Source of the DNA: a virus
Reading direction: 5' to 3' (one strand)
DNA: 64,000 bases
Virus record (IMG/VR): IMGVR_UViG_3300020463_002440
Location: 64,001-128,000 of that record
Shown here: piece by piece, positions 20,601 to 29,900 of the stretch
Layout of the letters: every line of letters begins with the position of its first letter
How positions within the stretch are numbered: the first letter of the stretch is position 1
Notes under the pieces: generated by a model
Seen by the model: the letters and a program-made list of their open reading frames with translations, nothing else
What the model was told of the DNA's origin: nothing
The model's database searches: none
Translations under genes and position numbers: made by a program

Positions 20601-23450
20601 ATAGTTACCACTAATTGCTACAGTTGTACTTTGACCTCCAGCTATATCTGCAGGACCTGCTAATGCAATACCTCCGTCTCCACTAGTATCACTATAACGA
20701 GCATAATCAGAAATATTATGAATACGAACACCACCAGCAAATGTTGCTGCTAATCCTGCATCAGCTGGATTTACATAATAGCTAGAATCTTGTCTATCTG
20801 CAAACTTATCTGCAGTGACTGTGCCTTGAACAGTAACAGGTGTATAGAATGTTGATAACGAATTATTAATATCTAAACGAGCATTACTTCCTGTAACAAC
20901 TCTAAAGCTATCGTTACCTGGGAATCCTATATAAGTATCAGTATCACCACGATGTTTAATATATGTATCAATGTCAATTTCTGACATCTGAGAAGCAGAC
21001 GCAAAGTCGCCGTAATAGTTTGTGTTATTACTATCGTAATAGACAGGTGAACGCATTTGATTAGTTGCTAATGCGTATGTGCCATTCACAAGGAATCGTT
21101 GATTTCCACCTGCGACAAATTCAATTGAATTGGCTCCATCAAAATGAATGAAAGTATCAGTATCTCCGTCGTGAATAATCTCACCAACTAAACTGATATC
21201 ATTAACTCTTGATGTGGCTGCAGGATCTAAATAATAAGTTGCGTTTTGTGCATCGTAATATCTTGAAGCATATAAGTTCGGGAATATACCATCAACCGTA
21301 CCTGTAATGTTTGTTCCATTAATTTCAAATCTTTGAGTACCTGCTGTCGTAAAGATTATATTGTCAGTTGAATTAAATCCAAAGTAAGTATCAACATCAC
21401 CGTTATGTTGAATGTAATCCTCAATACCAACACGATTTAATACTGATGTTCCATTAGGATCAAGGAAATAGCTATTGTTATCAGCATCTAGGAATCTTGA
21501 AGCAGATAAGTCACCACTGAATGTACCATCTACTGCTGTAATATTTCCACTTACATCAAGATTACCTGTAATATCTACACCAGTATTTTTAACTAATACT
21601 CTTTGTCCTCCACCCGTTACGATTTCAAATTGATCTGCTGCAGCAAAATTTAAATATGTATTAGTGTCACCATCATGAATGATTTCACCAACTAAGGATA
21701 TATCATTAATAACTGAAGTACCTGCTGGGTCAACAAGATATGTATTATTATCTGTGTCAATAAATCTTGGACCGTATACATCAACCGATGCTGTAACTGC
21801 TGAAGGAGTAATTGTTAATCTATTTGCACCACTTGAACCAATAACGACTGTATCTTCTGCACTGAATCCCATATAGGTATTCGTATCACCATTGTGACGA
21901 ACATAATCGTCAATATCAATAGTATTCATTACTGAATCACCAGCAGGATTTACAAGATAAGAGTTATCATCTCCGTCTACAAATCTTTGTCCAATTACAT
22001 CGGTTCCTGCCGTGACAGTTGTTGCTGCTGATACTGATGTTCCTGCATCTACTGAACCTGCTGTTGCTGTAATGTTTCCAGTTGTTGCTGTAATATTATT
22101 TTGTGCAACAATACTATCGCCTGCTGTTACATCGTCTCCTGCAGTTACATCACCAACTGTTGCTGATATATTTCCTGCGGATGCTGTTATGTTTCCAGAT
22201 GTTGATGTAATATTTTGAGCAGCTGTTACATCGTTATCTGCTTTTACATCTCTGCCTGCTTCAACATCTCTTTCAACTTCGAGATCACCATCACCGTCTG
22301 ATTTCATTGCCCAGTTGGCTGAAGAATTTAAAAATCCTATTTCACCAGCTGCTTGATATAATGTTCTATTGATTCCATTACCATCAAATATGATTTGTGC
22401 AGGACCTGCATTATCTCCAATTGTAAGATCACCTTCAATTGTTATATTACCTGTGGCAGTATCGTCTGCATCACTACGGAGGAATTGAGATCCTTCTAAT
22501 CCATCAACAGTATCAGCATCAAATCCATTTCCTGAACCTTCGTCTGCAGTTGTAATGATTCGACCAATGACTTGAGAGTTTGCCTCCAACTGCCAATAGT
22601 CTGATGTTTCATTCCATACAAGTTTTGCGTTAGCAAGAATGCCACGCTCAACCTCAATACCGCCATTCTCTGTTGGTGTTCCGCCTGTATAATTTGCATT
22701 AAGAGTAATAATATTATCAGAAAGTAATATCTCTTCAGTATTTACATAAGTGGTATTACCTGAAACGGTGAGATTACCATCAATGACTGCATTACCATCA
22801 ACTTGTAAATTTTGTTGTGTTCTAAGCAATGCTTTAAATAATGCACCTTGGTCAACTGTAAGAGTACCATCAATTTGTGCATTTCCATCAACATTAATAT
22901 CTTGTGAGAAAGTAATTGTTCCTGCTGCAGTATCAGCAACATCGGATCTTAAGAATTGGCTTCCTTCTAAACCATCAACGGTATCAGCATCAAGTCCGTT
23001 ACCTGGACCTTCATCAGCTGTTGTAAGAATTCTATTACCTTCAATTGTTGTTGAAGAAAGACCTGTAAAATCAGTTCCTGAATTTGTGAAAGCTAATTTA
23101 TCAGTACCTGCATATTTTATAACAACTCCATTGGTACTATCACCAATAAGAATTGCATTGTCTTGACCAGGATTTGTTATTAAATAATCGCCTGCAGAAG
23201 GATTGCGAACTTGAAGCGAATCAGAATCACCTTCAAATTGTGCAACGATAGTGGAGGCAGATGCACCTCCTGAATTTGTAACTTTAAGTGAAGCGGTACC
23301 GGCCACAGCCTGTGATATCGACGTTTGACCTGTTAGTTTTGATGTTCCTGTGACCTGAAGTTTTTCGCCCGTATCGGTAGTGCTACCTATTACAGCGTTT
23401 TCAGGAGTCAAGAGTCCATTCTTGACTATAAATTTTTTATCGTTTGCCAT
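11607..23450 (-). CDS. Giant (about 3947 aa) repeat-rich tail fibre/adhesin with C-terminal peptidase S74 intramolecular chaperone
   Basis: C-terminal YSDRRRKENIQTIENALDKVLQLRGVTY...GLIAQEVE..VPEVV...LDYPKMVGLLVEGIK; about 26 RAPIFYDxNNTxYYxDPAxxS repeats; GLDADTVDG motifs; ATG at 23450 (MANDKKFIVKNGL) preceded by GGGGAG. Confidence 0.88.
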   Translation of the reverse strand: MANDKKFIVKNGLLTPENAVIGSTTDTGEKLQVTGTSKLTGQTSISQAVAGTASLKVTNSGGASASTIVAQFEGDSDSLQVRNPSAGDYLITNPGQDNAILIGDSTNGVVIKYAGTDKLAFTNSGTDFTGLSSTTIEGNRILTTADEGPGNGLDADTVDGLEGSQFLRSDVADTAAGTITFSQDINVDGNAQIDGTLTVDQGALFKALLRTQQNLQVDGNAVIDGNLTVSGNTTYVNTEEILLSDNIITLNANYTGGTPTENGGIEVERGILANAKLVWNETSDYWQLEANSQVIGRIITTADEGSGNGFDADTVDGLEGSQFLRSDADDTATGNITIEGDLTIGDNAGPAQIIFDGNGINRTLYQAAGEIGFLNSSANWAMKSDGDGDLEVERDVEAGRDVKADNDVTAAQNITSTSGNITASAGNISATVGDVTAGDDVTAGDSIVAQNNITATTGNITATAGSVDAGTSVSAATTVTAGTDVIGQRFVDGDDNSYLVNPAGDSVMNTIDIDDYVRHNGDTNTYMGFSAEDTVVIGSSGANRLTITPSAVTASVDVYGPRFIDTDNNTYLVDPAGTSVINDISLVGEIIHDGDTNTYLNFAAADQFEIVTGGGQRVLVKNTGVDITGNLDVSGNITAVDGTFSGDLSASRFLDADNNSYFLDPNGTSVLNRVGIEDYIQHNGDVDTYFGFNSTDNIIFTTAGTQRFEINGTNITGTVDGIFPNLYASRYYDAQNATYYLDPAATSRVNDISLVGEIIHDGDTDTFIHFDGANSIEFVAGGNQRFLVNGTYALATNQMRSPVYYDSNNTNYYGDFASASQMSEIDIDTYIKHRGDTDTYIGFPGNDSFRVVTGSNARLDINNSLSTFYTPVTVQGTVTADKFADRQDSSYYVNPADAGLAATFAGGVRIHNISDYARYSDTSGDGGIALAGPADIAGGQSTTVAISGNYSGTYALMYLNRIDAGSNPFNDGNRFIEFRTDGAASGATIRGDSSGNIYNILGSGTNWGFWTSGASEALIVDDSGNVMIANSTAPTYTVGDNTPVVGGALTTNRLHIGGSIQLAGNDDAIVIGRGTSTFLKDEELGFGWGGGWYMLDTTYLRSRNNKHVYTQGSYYGNVYYSYQNSAYYADPDGNSQLSTIDLDDYIRHRGDTNTLIGFSGNDTVKIDTNGTERFKVTNSAVRARNKFEVYGSGIELQKQSNGGGVGITMTDQSGELPGLSGKQQASIKVFHADNSVTTGAELAMLFDSSENNVHYVFAQQNGAGSGSLIPRQNNAGNLGLSTYRWSNIYAQVGNFSGNVTGSNAYFSRYYDADDNTYYADPAGTSYQQYMNINVGNENAGGANSSTNGLMMRGNYNSNTWAHKFHKFDHGGGVPIYLSETIGTGSWAAVQRWGSYTGNSFKSQIFGTLKVDTNIHTPILYDSDNSAYYVNPAGSSRMDTITLDGNAVVLAEPTGTYGSLMVDGGGRSGWEGFSIGGRSVFMHDNANRTGIYNDVDNHWFMYADRQAAIRLLYNNVEQARTENGYFLANNQIRSPIFYDSNNTGYYVDPNNTSRFNLVQALRYYFNHATTYYMDAASGDYGTVEVGGAKNGWAGYSINGQWNFMSDGTNNAGIYNDIDNKWAVLARRNAEVELYYNGSEQASTRSGYFEAINQMRAPIYYDSNNTAYYSNQGSGNTSTAFRTNGIYDRLGFTTSGNGNANILLRAQDYTHWIWQTATNWGIMWAGNTNPAYSHFSTSNPNELVFVGSGNVRASIDLDNGNAYFQGSVSAGNFELNGGNENISLNPAYGSGGADLVLFDMTPYMEARVIQNIDANENFLTGTTSEYIKGDGPFAGGYVLRSSAYRNFYSNYIPVSPGEEIYGEISTRLISGSGGLLYYGVERFDKDKKPIAGNTGTTYFVVGGSNRTSTNWETLRNHTTMPTSHTPYNGSDGGGVHYVRIRILLNYNAGGALREYGGIMLKRRNAESNLLADDLQLLDDLIVGGDATITGDLSVDDITADRIDANIYYDRGNTAYYNDPASNSNTVKQTMQELVVDGGSRQNSNDATAYFTATTNNDWGVVINKNRSSATEYGMDIRMGTSHTYGLRLLAGGAERYRLNNTYMWHRGQSRAPIFYDSNNTSYYTDPASESALNTLRTAGYVVIGGNFSNNPYNSVGSTRLMFGGGDSNAVGNYYIGTNLENYGGNYTKLDLRWHTGIRMGAQPSYGGTRIYNNEDLSTVLFSVGKGDTHVRVEGGNNLYVEGGDARAALFYDYNDTNYYLDPANNGKVLRLGIGTRSANSTKTLDVSAGHGNTSIRLALPAANNGAGQGEIPLQMWVSEPGRTWSGAGFGYNVDNNLNGGTNQYYLGRPNTSHGQAYMRFDTNGYMTFYNTNTAGTRYETLQTRSNNTVYVPNYLFAGGSLRAPIFYDTNNTAYYGDFASTSVMNVVKAQRFAHVDAVSQDDQFGLYFASGQSTAYAIFREGGSWTYPYPDLRIAFHTGIKFGANASYQGMRFYNDYNMATQVMSINNGSDPLGSGNVFVNNNLQAGSSLRAPVFYDSNDTGYYADFNSTSGSAIRVRGGTLHGPNASWGEYLAVGGNGRWTTSYATVSSTNGNLHLDAKNGNNIYLAWYNTSAVYVGGDIRATRYYDRNNTAYYGDFASVSYMNDVRANIFYERENTAYYFGSGQGDASMRTVTVDRLNMRDRGDFITFYGNDSDYHSISSRDNGGGVTDDLRFNSYHDIFFNLDSNNNNGTGSTGFYVGQHGAATGSIQGWPFQAMMDGNTYASNSFRANIFYDRQNTGYYLDPASTSNLNALTLAGTLTSNAIFYVDNPQKYDSTSLSGLTNAPISTRNRDYNVGTSNVYLPLTHQTALYNSGYRTHLNTGLYKYASGWGSGQTGWYAAIGGNDSFPTQAWRLTYDSYIQNSRNLVQTSGSFRAPIFYDLNNTGYYINPASTSYWNASQQSGYHTFLNYGIGVTGTYTSTRLQLVFAMGAAYRPSSNGASTANMYGIGWSHPNAGSIGGANQLNDHGMLIINNGSFRAAISSRAVFASDIRSPIFYDWNNTGYYVDPAASSQLSAVYANNWFRPQGSTGVYWQDYGYGIRSAGGEGNPYGNISTYNTGRNGWSGYGIGTRWTLMSTEGNNWGMHDNTRSWNFYYNGSYHRFYYGYVYSGESFRAPIFYDLNDTGYYMNPNGDSNWQGLTARGQAMIGLQGHTRNGAISNYGRRPNITSDTNYWTGAKGWGRIDFNTVANWGSGFLDTWSNPGNQPSGTSHWVGVQAYHYSNGSARYGWQMVGGPITNLRFRSSWSGFRAWRTIPMLDENSGNGGSMYAGRYYDSNNTAYYGDFASTSVMNVLDIRGEIYNDGWFRNDNGGRGLYSTPYGRHFYAAGTSYWHLDGGSSSGGLIIYDRYNSSQGSSTGRRGYLYYDSSGFGLLNSSGGWAVRINPGSSYTEIYRNLYVGTDVRAPIYYDRNNTGYYFNGASAHSTRFEGVSNRTMAYISQPGHTRNSGEYYRARPRITSNTDYWTGSMGWGRQDMNVVSTWGSGFIDSWSNPPNQPSGTSHWVGVQAYHYRNSNTSGYGWQMVGGPITNLRFRSSWSGWRSWRTIPVLDENSTNGGSMYAGRYYDSNSTSYYTDPASTSNMNQVRAYVFDFNGTGSNSGRAISSYPYELFQTSGSWSYPYPALRINYHVGLDFGANPSYQGMRFMNDYNSNTVRFQINGGSSYTYANTWLQVGGGGVGIYDGYNGAHFFPNNQTSYGSWAIYGSRSGWYGLSWPQPTWDPHLMFDSNGSGGIYLQGGGRWVYYHSRGNNCLGVGSSATRSGYRMQVNGSLWATGNVVAYSDRRRKENIQTIENALDKVLQLRGVTYTRKLAEWEDERDNSFLSTQMGLIAQEVEPIVPEVVTYDEEDDEYGLDYPKMVGLLVEGIKDQNAIIKSKEETINNMQKDIDILKEMVYNMQSIMENSSNGTN
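12595..21990 (-). repeat. Dispersed coding repeat (Y/F)YDxNNTxYYxDPAxxS, about 26 copies, plus larger duplicated domains
   Basis: Counted by eye in the translation; includes a roughly 130-aa duplication at about 12600-12975 versus 13470-13850. Confidence 0.85.
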
Positions 23451-23498
23451 TCGGTTCACTCTCCCCAGATAGGCGATTTAAATTATATTGTACTGTTT

Positions 23499-23506
23499 TA
23501 TTTATC
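23499..23506 (-). promoter_or_regulatory. Putative late promoter GATAAATA upstream of the giant fibre
   Basis: Variant box overlapping the upstream stop codon; downstream flank similar to the 7340 promoter. Confidence 0.6.
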
Positions 23507-26500
23507 AAACTTTTATTAGTGTAGCAGCAATTTGATAGGTAGTTGCATTAGAACTTGCTGGTGTTGCATTTAATTGCACATTTCCGCTCTGTATTGTAAC
23601 ATCATAAGTTGCCAAACTGCCATTCGTATATATTGTCGCAAACTCAGTTGCTACTGCAGTTGAACCATTATGAACAAGTAATAACTTAGTTATATGCCTA
23701 TTACTTCCATCTGTTGCTGTTATTATTAACTCTGCGCTGTTATATGTTCCCTTATCAAAAGAGAAAATTTCAGCAGCGAATGTAGAGTTTGTTGTCGATT
23801 CATCGGATGTTAAATCAGATGATTCTAAAGAAACTGTATTACCAACCAATGTAGGAACAGTTAAGTTTCCTGTCATTGTATCGCCAGTTACATTTACATA
23901 TCTTGCATCCGCAATATTAATTGTTAGAACTGCAAGATTATTTTTTGTGAATCCTATAACGTGGCCAAACTTATCAAAGTTCATACTCTCAATAACTTCA
24001 GCGTTAGGTAAATCTAATACACCTGTATTCGCAACACTTGAAGTATCGGCATGAGTTAAAACAATGTTAGCAGTTAGAGGTCCACCACCTGTGACACCGT
24101 CTGAACCTGTTACTGATCTATCAGCTGCTTTAAGGAATAACGTGTCTGTTTCGGTTTCTGTATAATATCGGTTATCTAATTGACCGTTGTCTAATTCTGT
24201 TTCTGTGTAATATCGGTTATCAAGCTGACCTGCATCTAATTCTGTTTCAGTATAATAACGAGTATCTAATTGACCTGCATCAAGTAATGCTGATGTATAA
24301 TAACGATTATCAAAATCAACTTGGTCAAGACCTGTAACGTGTCCATAAGTATCAAGTACTACATCTTGTATTACTTGTCCGTTGCTTCCTAATACACTTG
24401 CTTGTGAACTTGTGTCAGCATGATCAAATGTAATTGTTGTTGCACCATTTTGATTAAGTGTAAACGATCCTCCACCGTCAATTGCATTTCCTGCTGTAAG
24501 AGTGATTTGAGAATCAAAAACATTATTTGCTGCGCCTGAAGTTGCCGCGGCAATAATATCAGCTGCATGTTGTCCGTCAAGTAAATCAGCATCAAGTCCA
24601 GTTCCTGTCCCATCTACTGTCTTAATTGCTGTTAATATTTCAGCCGCTGTTTGATCTGCGGTTGCACCTGCTTCTATAAGATCAAGTTTTGCTCCATCTA
24701 CTGAAAGATCACGACCATCAACTGTTCCTGATATTGTGATATCACCAGTAATATCAAGTTCACCAAATTCATGAATATTCGCAAGGAAGTGAGTACCATC
24801 TCCTGCTTCTAAATTTAATGTTGTATTTGCATTATGCCAAGTAAGATTTTCAATACCTTTAACACTTGCTTCTCCTGCTGCTGTGAGTCGACCATCTTCG
24901 TCAACTGTAAATGTTGGTATTGATGTTGTAGATCCATAAGATCCTGCCGTAACCGCAGTATTAGCAAGTTCTGCATTTATACTTATAGAACCATTACCTA
25001 AATCTGTAAGTATTGTAGAACCGCTTCCAGTAACTTTACCGGTCAGTGATACATCTATTTGAGGATCAGGTTTATTTGTTGTATTTGTAAAATCTAAGTA
25101 ATAACTACCTTCTTGACCGTCAAGTAAATCTGCATCTAAACCTGAGCCTGTGCCATCAACTGTTTTAATTGATGTAAGTATTTCAGATGCTGTTTGGTCG
25201 GCGGTAGCTCCTACCTCTATACCATCAAGTTTTGTCCCATCAGTAGCCAGGTCTCTGCCATCAACAGTTCCTGTGACGGTAATGTTTCCTGTGACATCAA
25301 TTCCTGAACCGAAATCAACATTTGCATCGAATTGTGAAATGTTAGCATCATATTGTGTTCCATCACCTGTTATAATTTGATAAGTGTTATTTGCTGTTAA
25401 CCAACTTGTTGAACTGATACCTGCGACTGAAGCAGTAGCAGCTGCAGTAATACGACCGTCAGCAGCAATTGTAATAATAGGAATTTCTGTTGCACCACCA
25501 TATTGAGCGGCAGTAACTCCTGAAGCAGCAATGTCTGTTGTAATTGTTCCGCTTGCTAAATCTGTTAATGTAACTGAACCTGTAACATCACCTGAAAGTG
25601 TAATTGTTGGATCAGGCTTGTTAGTTGTATTTGTAAAGTCAAGATAGAAATCGCTATTTGCCCCATCAAGCAAATCAGCATCTACACCTGAAAAGGCTCC
25701 ATCATTACTTAATACAACATTTATAATATCTGTATTACTTGGTATGTTTGGAGTATTTGTAAAATTAGTAAAATCAAGATAATAAGTTCCATCTTGACCA
25801 TCAAGGGTATCAGCATCCAATCCTGAACCTGTTCCGTCATTTGCTAATATGACATTTAAGATTTCGGTATTTGATAAGTTAACTTCAGCACCTGATGAAA
25901 TGCCATCGAGCTTAGTACCATCTGCTAATATATCACGACCATCAACGGTTCCTGTAACCGTTACATCTCCTACAACATCAATACCTGCACCAAAATTAAC
26001 ATTTAAATCAAAGTCAGATATTTGAGTATGGAATTGACTTCCATCAACCGTTGAAACTTCAAATGTATTATTTGCTTGGTACCAATCAATATCAGATACA
26101 CCTGCGACCGCAATATTTTGTGCAGCAGTTAAACGACCATCTTCATCAACGGTAAATGTTGGTATTTGAGAAGCAGAACCATATGAACCGGCTGTAACTG
26201 CTGTATTCGCAAGTTCGGTGGCAATAGAAATTGTACCTGAAGCTAAATCAGTTAAAGTGGTCGTCCCTGACCCTGTTACCTTCCCTGTTAAACCGACATC
26301 AATTTGTGGATCAGGTTTGTTCGTTGTATTTGTAAAATCTAAATAATAAGAACCTTCTTGCCCATCTAATAGGTCGGCATCAAATCCATTCCCTGTGCCT
26401 TCATCATTTGTAGTAATGATTCTTCCAGTTGTTCCACCAGAAGCAATTTCCCAATAATCATTTGCTTCATTCCATTGTAGAACTACATTTGTATCGTCTC

Positions 26501-26936
26501 CTCTTTCAACTTCGATACCTGCATTTTCTGAAGGAGAACCTGTCGTTGTACTGTTAAGAGTAATAATATTATCTTCGACAGTTAGAGTTTCTGTATTGAC
26601 TTGAGTTGTATTACCTGATACAGTAAGGTTACCTGTGATGATTAAGTTACCATCAAAAGTATCGTCTTCGTCTGCTCTTAAAAATTGTAATGAATTTAAG
26701 TTATCTAATAAGTCAGCATCAAGGCCTGATCCTGCTCCGTCAACTGTTTTAAGTAAAGTAAGAAGGTCATTTGGATCGGCACTAAACTCAACGATGGATT
26801 CTGTTCCACCGACATCTTGTTTAATGTAGATCTTACCGTCAGCTGTGTTAATCGCAAGTTCACCTAACTCCAAATTTGAGGTAGTAGGCACTCGTCCCTG
26901 AACGGCACTTCTTTTTAGCTTAATTAATGTTGACAT
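23505..26936 (-). CDS. Tail fibre protein (1143 aa) with internal repeats
   Basis: N-terminal IKLKRSAVQGRVPTTSNLELGELAINTADGKIY fibre-attachment motif; repeated DGxGSGLDADLLDG and TAGSYGS...IPTFTVDEDGRLTAA units; C-terminal ...VQLNATPAS domain. Confidence 0.82.
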   Translation of the reverse strand: MSTLIKLKRSAVQGRVPTTSNLELGELAINTADGKIYIKQDVGGTESIVEFSADPNDLLTLLKTVDGAGSGLDADLLDNLNSLQFLRADEDDTFDGNLIITGNLTVSGNTTQVNTETLTVEDNIITLNSTTTGSPSENAGIEVERGDDTNVVLQWNEANDYWEIASGGTTGRIITTNDEGTGNGFDADLLDGQEGSYYLDFTNTTNKPDPQIDVGLTGKVTGSGTTTLTDLASGTISIATELANTAVTAGSYGSASQIPTFTVDEDGRLTAAQNIAVAGVSDIDWYQANNTFEVSTVDGSQFHTQISDFDLNVNFGAGIDVVGDVTVTGTVDGRDILADGTKLDGISSGAEVNLSNTEILNVILANDGTGSGLDADTLDGQDGTYYLDFTNFTNTPNIPSNTDIINVVLSNDGAFSGVDADLLDGANSDFYLDFTNTTNKPDPTITLSGDVTGSVTLTDLASGTITTDIAASGVTAAQYGGATEIPIITIAADGRITAAATASVAGISSTSWLTANNTYQIITGDGTQYDANISQFDANVDFGSGIDVTGNITVTGTVDGRDLATDGTKLDGIEVGATADQTASEILTSIKTVDGTGSGLDADLLDGQEGSYYLDFTNTTNKPDPQIDVSLTGKVTGSGSTILTDLGNGSISINAELANTAVTAGSYGSTTSIPTFTVDEDGRLTAAGEASVKGIENLTWHNANTTLNLEAGDGTHFLANIHEFGELDITGDITISGTVDGRDLSVDGAKLDLIEAGATADQTAAEILTAIKTVDGTGTGLDADLLDGQHAADIIAAATSGAANNVFDSQITLTAGNAIDGGGSFTLNQNGATTITFDHADTSSQASVLGSNGQVIQDVVLDTYGHVTGLDQVDFDNRYYTSALLDAGQLDTRYYTETELDAGQLDNRYYTETELDNGQLDNRYYTETETDTLFLKAADRSVTGSDGVTGGGPLTANIVLTHADTSSVANTGVLDLPNAEVIESMNFDKFGHVIGFTKNNLAVLTINIADARYVNVTGDTMTGNLTVPTLVGNTVSLESSDLTSDESTTNSTFAAEIFSFDKGTYNSAELIITATDGSNRHITKLLLVHNGSTAVATEFATIYTNGSLATYDVTIQSGNVQLNATPASSNATTYQIAATLIKV
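24150..24315 (-). repeat. 45-bp (15-aa) tandem coding repeat DxRYYTETELDxGQL, about 3.5 copies
   Basis: DNRYYTSALLDAGQLDTRYYTETELDAGQLDNRYYTETELDNGQLDNRYYTETE. Confidence 0.85.
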
Positions 26937-26975
26937 ATATATGTCCTTCTATATCATATACCTATTTAGGCAAAT

Positions 26976-29900
26976 TTAAAAGGTTCCTCCATCAAGTGTT
27001 GTGACTGTAACATCGCCACTTGCCACTGTAAAGTTTGCTACGTTAAACGATGCAACTCCAATATTGGAATCGCTCGCTAATTCTCCAGCAATTGTTATTT
27101 GATTATTCGCAACCGTTGTGTTAATTCCTTCCCCTGCGGAGTAGGTAATTGTTTCACCTAAGGCAACTACATCTGTGGTACCTGTTTCGGCTGCTATGTT
27201 TATACCTGCAGTTGTTAAATTTCCAACTGCTGTATCTAAAAATTGTTTATTTACTGCATCTTTGCTATTGACAGGGTCGTTAACATTTGTTATAATAGAG
27301 TTATCAACGCTAAATACACCAGTAGTAGGATTGACTGTAATATCGCCACTTGCATTACTTATTGTATTATTTGCGATTGTAAGATTGCCGCCTATGGCAA
27401 TCTGTGTATCTAAATTTAATCCTTTAAATCTGGAGTTTTCTCCAGCAGGGTTGAGCAAATAGTCTACATCTTGACTATCAATAAAGTTTCTTGAATATAC
27501 TGAACCGTCTTCTACGTGCCAACCATTGTCCGTTGTATCAAAATATGTACCGAAGTTAAACGAACTACTTAAGAAACCTGCCTTTGTTCCTTGAGCATAG
27601 AAATACATATTACCTGAACCTGTTCCCAGAATAATCTGAGAGTTAGGTTGATTATAACCAATATGTAAATCTTTTAATCTTGATGTACCTGCAGGGTCAG
27701 CATAGAAAGATAAGTCATCTTTACTTACAAATTTTGTTGCTCTTAAATCACCGTTAGATGTATCACCACCTTGTGCATTGATATATCTCTCATCAAGAGT
27801 TACATAATCAAATGTGGTTGTGATTGCTACGTTAGAGTTACTAATAACCGTGCCGCTGCCAGTGACATCTCCTAATAACGCAATGTCAAAGTTATCAGTA
27901 ACAAAGTCTAATTTTTGTATTGCACTATTTGCTGTAACTCTAATACCACGCTCAAAGTTACCATTACGAACAGCATCTTCTACTACACCATAAATGGACG
28001 GAACAAAGTCAACAACCGCATTGGATGATACTGATAAAGGAACGTTAACTAACGAACGAACACGCCCATACACATCAAAGTTAAAGTTTGGAACTGTACC
28101 TTCAACACCTGCTTCTCTTAAACCTGTAAATGATTGCCATACAGGATCAAACCCAATCGCAACTACATTATTTGCTTGGTCGTATGTTTCAATTGTAAGA
28201 CCAGTACCAATCTCAATACTTGGCTTATCTACTTTATCAAATAAATCTAATACATAAGTATTGGCAGCTTTGGTAACATGAAAGTCTCTATCAAAAGTTT
28301 CTTCAAGATAAAACTTAGTTACCGCATCAGTGTTGCTTACAGGATCAGCAAGACCTGTTATGACAGTATTACCTACATCAATATGACCGCCTATTTCAAA
28401 TACTAAATTAGCAGTCCCTGAGTTAATTCTTTGTTGACTGTCAACTATAAATGCAGATACACCAGCAGTAACAAAATTGAGTTCGTCGTTATCTGCACCA
28501 GGACTTGATTCGGCTTCAATAAATGTATCTTGGTCAACGTCCTTAACACCACCTAGTGATGCCCATGCATTTCCACTATAACCTTCAAACACTCCGTCCG
28601 TTGTATTAAAACGAACCATACCTGCAGCTAATGAAGAAGGTCTATTTGCTGTTGTACCTACAGGAACTGTGATTGCTCCTGTTGTATCAATAACTAATAC
28701 TTCGTTATCACTATCAATTTTTGTTACGAATAATGTATTCCACTGAGAACCTGAAGCACCAAGATTATATGTTGCATCATCTTTAGGTAATAAGTTTGAA
28801 CTAAAGTCAGCAACTACATTAATTGAATCTACTGCTTGGTCACCTAATTGTAAATTACCTGCGATTGTTAAATCACCTGTAAATTCACCAGAACCAACGA
28901 CTCTAAATAATGATCCATCCCAAGTAAATCCTGCATCGTCTGTTAGTGCACCTGAAGGACCTGCGAATACAACTCTTCCATCAGTAAGTGATCCTACTGA
29001 TAATACATCGGTTGTTTGATTATATGTTAATCCTGAATCACCTTCAATTGCTCCATTTGCTCCAGCAACAAATACTTGGCCTTGTGAAACTGTTTCAAAT
29101 GTAGGTGCTGTTCGGAATTCAGAGGTTGCATTAACAACCATATGACTACCGTCAAACTGAATATTATTATTTGATGATAACGCACCAGTATCTGATACGA
29201 ACATCATTGTGTTCGCTTGTAAGTTACCTACTGATAAACTGTCGCCTGATAAACCACCTGATGTACTAAAGTCACCATCAACTGTAATACCACCAACGAT
29301 TGTTAAATTAGTTCCATCCCAGGCAAGGTTTGCTTGACCTTCTAATGTTCCACCTGATGATGTATATACAACAGACCCAGTAGGAATTTTTGAAACAGCA
29401 GCATCTGTAAATGTTGCCTTTTCACTAGAATAGTCAATTGTAATTCCGTTATTGGCGCCGAATGTTAAATCACCATCTTGGTCAATTTCCATTCTCTTAA
29501 CGCCTGCGGTGAAGAATTCTAAATCATCACCGTCAGCACCTGGCGAGAGTTCAGCTCGAATAAAGGTATCTTTATCTACGTCTTTAACACTACCCGCTAA
29601 CTCAGACCAAGCTGTCCCGTCATATCCTTCAAATCGGCTATCTGAAGTATTGTAACGAATCATACCAACCGCGGAGGTTGGACGATCAGCAGTTCCACCT
29701 ACTGGTAAAGTAAAGGCACCGGTTTCATCGATAGTAACTACACCACTATCAGATTTGATTGTAGGTGTAAATACTCTGTGCCAATTTTTAGTAGGTGCTC
29801 CTAGGCTATACAAACCAGGTGCATCAGGAATAAGATCGGAAGTAAAATCTGCGACAACATTAATTGTATCAACTTGGTTATCACCTAATGTAAGGTTACC

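Noticed and set aside
11607-23450. Shufflon or invertible tail-fibre system
   Set aside because: The repeats are direct and degenerate at DNA level; no inverted cassettes and no recombinase seen
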